From positions 352,001 through 416,000 of the forward strand of contig CAWHTE010000004.1 in NCBI GenBank assembly GCA_963832165.1: a stretch of DNA of 64,000 bases. Reading direction: 5' to 3'. The position numbers and the translations under genes were made by a program. Positions 61,029-64,000 of the stretch are shown here, one piece after another (the first letter of the stretch is position 1; each line of letters starts with the position of its first letter). Source of the DNA: an uncultured delta proteobacterium. Lineage in GTDB: Bacteria; Myxococcota_A; UBA9160; SMWR01. The notes below the pieces were generated by a model that saw nothing but the letters and a program-made list of their open reading frames with translations, was not told the origin of the DNA and ran no database searches.

Positions 61029-64000
61029 ATGACGACGCACGTTTCGGATGGTCGTCGCGGCTCTGCTAGTCGCCGGGGCTCGCCGTGCGCACGAGTTCAA
61101 AGTGCTCGTGTACACGGAGGCGCTCGGGCTCGCACACCTCGACTCCGGCGGGCGTGGCCGCGGTACAGGGCTCGCGCGTAACGGATTCTCGTCGACACGC
61201 GCGGATTCGGCGGCCTTCACGATGCGATCTCGCGCAGTACGCGGCGGTGATCTGGCTCTCACGACAGGCGAGTGCTCGACGTCCCGAGCAGGCGGCCTTC
61301 GAGCGCTACGTGCGGGCCGGCGATGGCTACGTCGGGGTCCATGCGCGGCCGACACCGAGTGGACTGGGCGTGGTACGGGAGTTTGGTCGGGGCATACATC
61401 GCCGCCCCACGCTGACCGGTTGCACGATGGGCGGCGACACTCGAGGTTTCCGACGGCTGCACCCGTCGAGCGGCACCGCTGCCGCTGCTCTGGACGCGGA
61501 CCGACGAGTGGTACGACTTCGCGACGAACCCGCGCGGCTCAGGTCCATGTGCTGCGCACGGTCTGGACGAGAGCACCTACGACGACGGTGGGATGGGCTT
61601 CGACCACCCGATCGCCTGGTGCCATGCCTACGACGGCGGGCGCTCCTGGTACACCGGCGGTCGGCCATACGTCCGAGAGCTACTCCGAGCCGCTGTTCCT
61701 GCGAGCACCTGCTGGGGGAATCCGTGGGGCGGGCGACGTCGAGCGCGAGTGCGGCGGCACGATCTGGGCCAACTACCAGAAGGTCCAGCTCGACGGTACC
61801 ACCACGAACCCGATGGAGATGGACATCGCGCCCGACGGCCGCGTCTTCTTCATCGAGCGCGACGGCGCGCTCAAGATCTGGAAGCCGGATATCCAGCAGA
61901 CCGTGGTCGCGGGCAACATCGCTGTCACGACGGCGGGCGAGGGCGGCTTCCTCGGTGTTGCCTCGCCCGGAATTCTCACAGAACCACCACATCTTCCTCT
62001 ACTTCTCGGAGCCGGCAGCGGGACCTGCGGCCCCGCCAATGCGGGCGTGAGCACCTGCGGCGACAACGTGCTCGCGCGCTTCACGATGAACGGAGAAGTG
62101 CTGGACGTCGCCTCGCGGATCGACGTGCTGCGGGTGGGGATGCAGCGCGAGCAGTCCACCCACAACGCGGGCGCGCTCGAGTTCGGTCCGAACGGCGATC
62201 TCTATCTGGCGACGGGCGACGACACCGAGCCGTTCCAATCGGCGGGCTTCAACCCGATCGACGAGCGTCCGGGTCGCGCGCCATTCGACGCCCAGAGGTC
62301 GGCGGCCAACACCAACGATCTGCGCGGGAAGATCCTGCGCATCCATCCGGAGCCCGACGGCAGCTACACGATCCCACCCGGAAACCTGTTCGCGCCAGGC
62401 ACGGCGCTCACGCGCCCGGAGATCTACGTGATGGGCCTGCGCAACGCATTCGCGTCGACATCGATCCCCCGACGGGCCTGCTCGTGATCGGCGAGAACGG
62501 TCCGGATGCGCCGGGGGACGTGCCGGGTCGCGGCCCGAGCGGCCGCGTCGAGTGGAACCTGGTCACGCAGGCCGCGAACATGGGCTGGCCGTACTGCATC
62601 GGCAACAACGTTCCGTACAACGACTTCAACTTCGCCACGAGCACGCCTGGGCCCGCGTTCGACTGCACCAATCTCGTGAACGACTCCCCTAACAACACCG
62701 GCCTCGCGAATCTGCCGCCGTCGCAGCCGGCGGTGGTGTGGTACGGAATCACCAGCTCGAGCGAGTTCCCCGAGGTGAATACCGCCCAGGGCTTCGGCTC
62801 CTCCTCGCCGGCGGCGGCCCGGTCTTCCACCACGATCCCGGGCTTGTTTCCGACGTCCAGTTCCCGGCCTACTACGACGGTGTGCCGTTCTTCTTCGAGT
62901 GGGGCCGGAGCATGCTCTGGGAGCTGCGCCTCGACGGAAGCGGGAACCTCCACAAGCTGAACCGGCTGTCCCTCGCTCGACTTCAGCTCCCCGATCGACA
63001 TCGAGTTCGGCCCCGACGGGGCGCTCTACGTGCTGGAGTGGGGCGCCGGCTTGGACCCGAACGTCGATCCGACCCAGGAACTCGTGCGCGTGGAGTACCG
63101 CCCGGGCCAGGGAGGCCAGCACGCGCCGGTCGTCGTGGCGACTGCCACGCCTGAATCGGGCTAGCCGCCACTCGCCGTCGACTTCTCGAGCGAAGGAACC
63201 TTCGATCTCGAGAACGACCCGATCACCTTGGCATGGGACTTCGAGTCGGACGGGACGGTGGATTCGACGGATCCGGCGCCCTCGTTCACGTATGCGGCGA
63301 ACGGGCTGTACAACGCGAGGCTCACCGTCACCGATGACACCGAACGCAGCGCCGTCGCGAACCTGCCGATCGCGGTCGGCAACACGCGGCCGACGGTCGC
63401 CTTCGCGTGGCCGCCGAACGGGAGCTTCTTCGAGTTCGGTGACTACGTCCGCTACCAGCTGGACGTTCAGGACTCGGAGGACGGAGTGATCGACTGCTCC
63501 GAGGTGACCTTGCAGCTGGAGTTCGGTCACGCGACGCACGCGCACCCGCTGTTCCAGAGACCAGGCTGCGCTGGCTTCTTCCAGACCGCGAGCGATGGTG
63601 GGCACGGCTTCGACGCGAAGTTCTTCTACGTCATCACCGGCAGCTACACCGACCACGGCGGGACCAGCGTCGGGCCGTTGACTGGCAGGACGCTTCACGT
63701 CCTCCAGCCGAAGCGCAAGCAGGCGGAGTACTATGACGACCAGAGCGGCGTCGTGGTGAGGCCCAGCAACGAGCCGGGCGGGCACGGCCATCACGTGTCG
63801 GAGATCGAGGACGGAGACTGGATCGCGATCGATCCCGTGAACCTCCACCAGATCGACTCGGTCACCTACCGCGTGTCGGCGCTCGGGCTCGGCGGCCGGA
63901 TCGAGGTGCACGTGGATGCGCCGGATGGGCCGCTGATCTCGGAAACGGACACCTTCCTGCCCACCTTGGACGATCAGGTCTACCAGGACGTCACCGCGCC
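61029..64000 (+). CDS. Secreted ThuA-like + glucose/sorbosone dehydrogenase + PKD + CBM6-like protein; many frameshifts, one in-frame TAG, 3' end outside window
   Basis: AFERYVRAG.GYVGVH and DHPIAWC (ThuA); FGPNGDLYLATGD, NDLRGKILRI, YVMGLRN (GSDH); WDFESDGTVDS (PKD); IEDGDWI..VNL (CBM). Confidence 0.8.

Noticed and set aside
63162..63164. Pyrrolysine or stop-codon reassignment
   Set aside because: TAG is a normal stop for many genes here, no pyl genes are seen, and the region is error-rich

Overview
Very GC-rich bacterial chromosome segment. Gene content (many PEP-CTERM proteins, hybrid histidine kinases, PilZ, actinobacterial-like steroid/acyl-CoA enzymes) suggests Myxococcota or a related former deltaproteobacterium; this placement is inference. 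About 50 genes fall into these blocks: (i) hydrolase/BKACE/Zn-ADH genes; (ii) a translationally coupled operon of three FG-GAP repeat PEP-CTERM proteins plus an FGE/CLec-fold PEP-CTERM protein (4.0-13.6 kb); (iii) a thiolase next to an HMGS-like/DUF35 fusion; (iv) a 10-kb phosphorelay cluster; (v) class I fumarase; (vi) an envelope cluster (beta-barrel, TonB-dependent receptor, sulfatase-like protein, TPR lipoprotein, PEP-CTERM protein); (vii) a steroid/acyl-CoA catabolic region interrupted by DUF47-PiT-VIT1; (viii) a ThuA-GSDH-PKD-CBM protein running off the end. Many genes carry frameshifts in patches, most simply explained by long-read/assembly indels. The most distinctive signal is the FG-GAP array. 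Each protein has 15 repeats in a 5+5+5 layout, a PEP-CTERM tail, and a shared 73-aa Arg-rich extended leader that is more conserved than the mature domains. No rRNA, tRNA, CRISPR array, transposase, integrase, reverse transcriptase or exosortase was recognised.
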